A DNA stretch of 64,000 nucleotides from NCBI GenBank assembly GCA_043228905.1, contig JBHGNT010000018.1:17112001-17176000 (forward strand), written 5' to 3'. A program made the translations under genes and the position numbers. Each line of letters starts with the position of its first letter. Positions within the stretch are counted from its first letter, which is position 1. Positions 62,201 through 64,000 of the stretch are shown in pieces. The notes beneath the pieces are model-generated. The model made no database searches, was not told the DNA's origin, and saw only the letters and a program-made list of their open reading frames with translations. The stretch comes from Azolla caroliniana. Taxonomy: Eukaryota > Plantae > Polypodiophyta.

Positions 62201-63325
62201 TTCCGGAACGTGTCAGACATCCTTCAGCAGCAACTTGCATCCGGTTGGTGTTGTCAGCCACACGTCTCCCATGCCGACAATTCGGCATGTTCCTTCATTC
62301 CCCATCCGGACACAGCCGTGATCACCGGCTGAATAGGATGAGAAGCATTTCCGGTCCGGGGTAAGGTGGAACGATGCTCCGGAGTCTACCACCCAGGTCA
62401 TCTCGTCGCCGGCAAGGTTTATTTCACTCTCCTCGGTGATGAGCATCAACTCTTCTTCACTTGCCGCGATTGCTGTCGTTCCCTTCCGGTCCGGCTCCCT
62501 CCGGTCTTTACCATTCCGGTCTTTACCGTTTTGGTCCGGGGTTTGCTTCGAATCAGTACCGTCGGTTTCCTTGTCTTTACGGAAATGCCGACAGTTCTTT
62601 TGGAAGTGTCCCGGCTTGCCGCAATAGAAGCAAGTAGGCCTCCCCCTTGACTTTGACCGTGTCCCCGACTTCTCCCGGTTCTGGGGACTACGGTTTCTAT
62701 GTCTTCCGCGTTCCGATTCGGTAAGGAGCGCTTTGGAGTCGGAGCTCGTATCTTTGTCTTTCCGACGCGCCTCCTCATCTAGCAAGCTCGACTTTACTCT
62801 TGCTAGGGATAACCGTTTTCCTTCCGGCCCGGCGTTGCCCAAAGTGACAACCAACATCTCCCAGCTATCCGGGAGGGAACCGAGCAGGAGTAGCGCTAGT
62901 ACCTCGTCGGCAAGAGGTACTTCCAATGACGTTGCCTGGTGGATCAGCCCCTGGAAGGCATTCATGTGCTCTGCCATACTGGAGCCATCTTGGTACCGGA
63001 GTCTTACTAGCTTCCGGAATACTGAAACCTGGTTAACAGCATTTTTGTTTTGGAACATTATGCCGATCTTCTCCTAGAGCTCATGAGCCTTGCTCTCTTC
63101 ATTGAAGTTGTTGTATAGGCTCATGTCGATGAAGCACCGTATGTACGCCGTTGTCTTCATGTGCATCACCTCCCATATCGCAGCGTCGATTTTGTCCGGT
63201 CTCTTGTCCCCGAACTGAACCGGCAGCCAGAGGTCTTTAACAACGAGCATGTCCCTCATCTTCGACTTCCATACTGAATAGTTGGAGCCGGTGAGCTTGA
63301 ACATGCCGCCAAATGATTCGTCCAT
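59267..63325 (-). pseudogene. M gag-pol polyprotein with two stops (63074, 62213) and a frameshift (~60346)
   Basis: CFYCGKPGHFQKNC, WVVDSGASFH, VHTDVC, QLDVKTAFLHG, LYVDDML, SRTKHIQRRYHW. Confidence 0.93.
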
Positions 63326-64000
63326 TTTCTGTGTCGATTTCGCTCTGATACCACTTGACGGGAACCCAACGTTCCTTATGCGCAACGCTCGGCCACAACC
63401 GAGATTCTTTTCATACACAGAAAACGGGAAGTAGAACACGACACAAAGAAGAGAAATGGTACACAGGAGGTTAACGTGGAAAACCCCAAACTAGGGGAAA
63501 AACCACGGCAGCCCATAGGCTGCAAACTGTCACTACGTATGAATGTACAAAACAGTGAGTACACGGAGGCAATGACCTCGGACTCACGATCTTCGCCACA
63601 GGTGGCGGTTACAACAGAGGCAACGACCTCGTCTCTCTCTCTCTCTCTGTGTACAGTTACGCACTCTCTCTTCTTCTTGCACCAACAAGGAAGAATAACA
63701 ACAACATCAGATAGTTTGCCCTAAGTCATATTTATACTAATATGACTTTTCGACTATTTACAAATATAGCCTCGATGGGCTCTCAGAAACATATTTACGA
63801 ATATGTCTCTTCCTCCGGTTCATACCGGGCCTGCACCATCCGGCTCTCCGTAGCCAGGTACTCCTCATCCGGTTCATACCGGGCCTACACCATCCGGCTC
63901 TCCGTAGCCGGGTACTCCTCATCCGGTTCATACCGGGCCTACACCATCCGGCTCTCCGTAGCCGGGTACTCATCCGGTTCATACCGGGCCTGCACCATCC

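Larger units (their letters stand above)
58588..64000 (-). mobile_element. Element M: near-intact Ty1/Copia element (Tnt1/Tork-like)
   Basis: LTRs 58588-59256 and 63356->64000, Met PBS 63342-63353, PPT from 59257. Confidence 0.95.

Overview
Plant heterochromatin-type window made almost entirely of nested LTR retrotransposons. A decayed PLS-type PPR gene suggests a land plant, possibly a non-seed plant such as a fern (inference). Layout reconstructed from LTR pairs, PBS/PPT and target-site duplications (TSDs): Gypsy A (-, <1-4573), then a PPR pseudogene (~4800-5860), then Copia LTR N (6665-7040), which is interrupted by a large Gypsy K (-, 7041 to >57620). K hosts Copia C (+, 10409-28258, itself holding B 11006-16992 and D 18673-25687), Gypsy E (29339-36236), Gypsy G (38427-56682, holding I and J) and Copia L (57621-, holding Copia M 58588->64000). 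No intact host gene is present. Most notable signals: (1) a Gypsy group (B, D, G, J; tRNA-Trp PBS visible in B and D) whose four 4-bp TSDs are all centred on CpG and which share a covarying hairpin before the PPT; D and G also share a covarying -1 frameshift pseudoknot between protease and RT. (2) Gag-only members B and J carry an antisense tRNA-like Pol III cassette in their LTRs. (3) Elements K and E have no PPT; instead an inverted PBS (a copy of the primer tRNA 3' end) sits 2 nt from the 3' LTR. (4) A 2.74-kb apparently identical copy of neighbouring element A has replaced part of B's gag. All comparisons were made by eye; coordinates may be off by a few bases.
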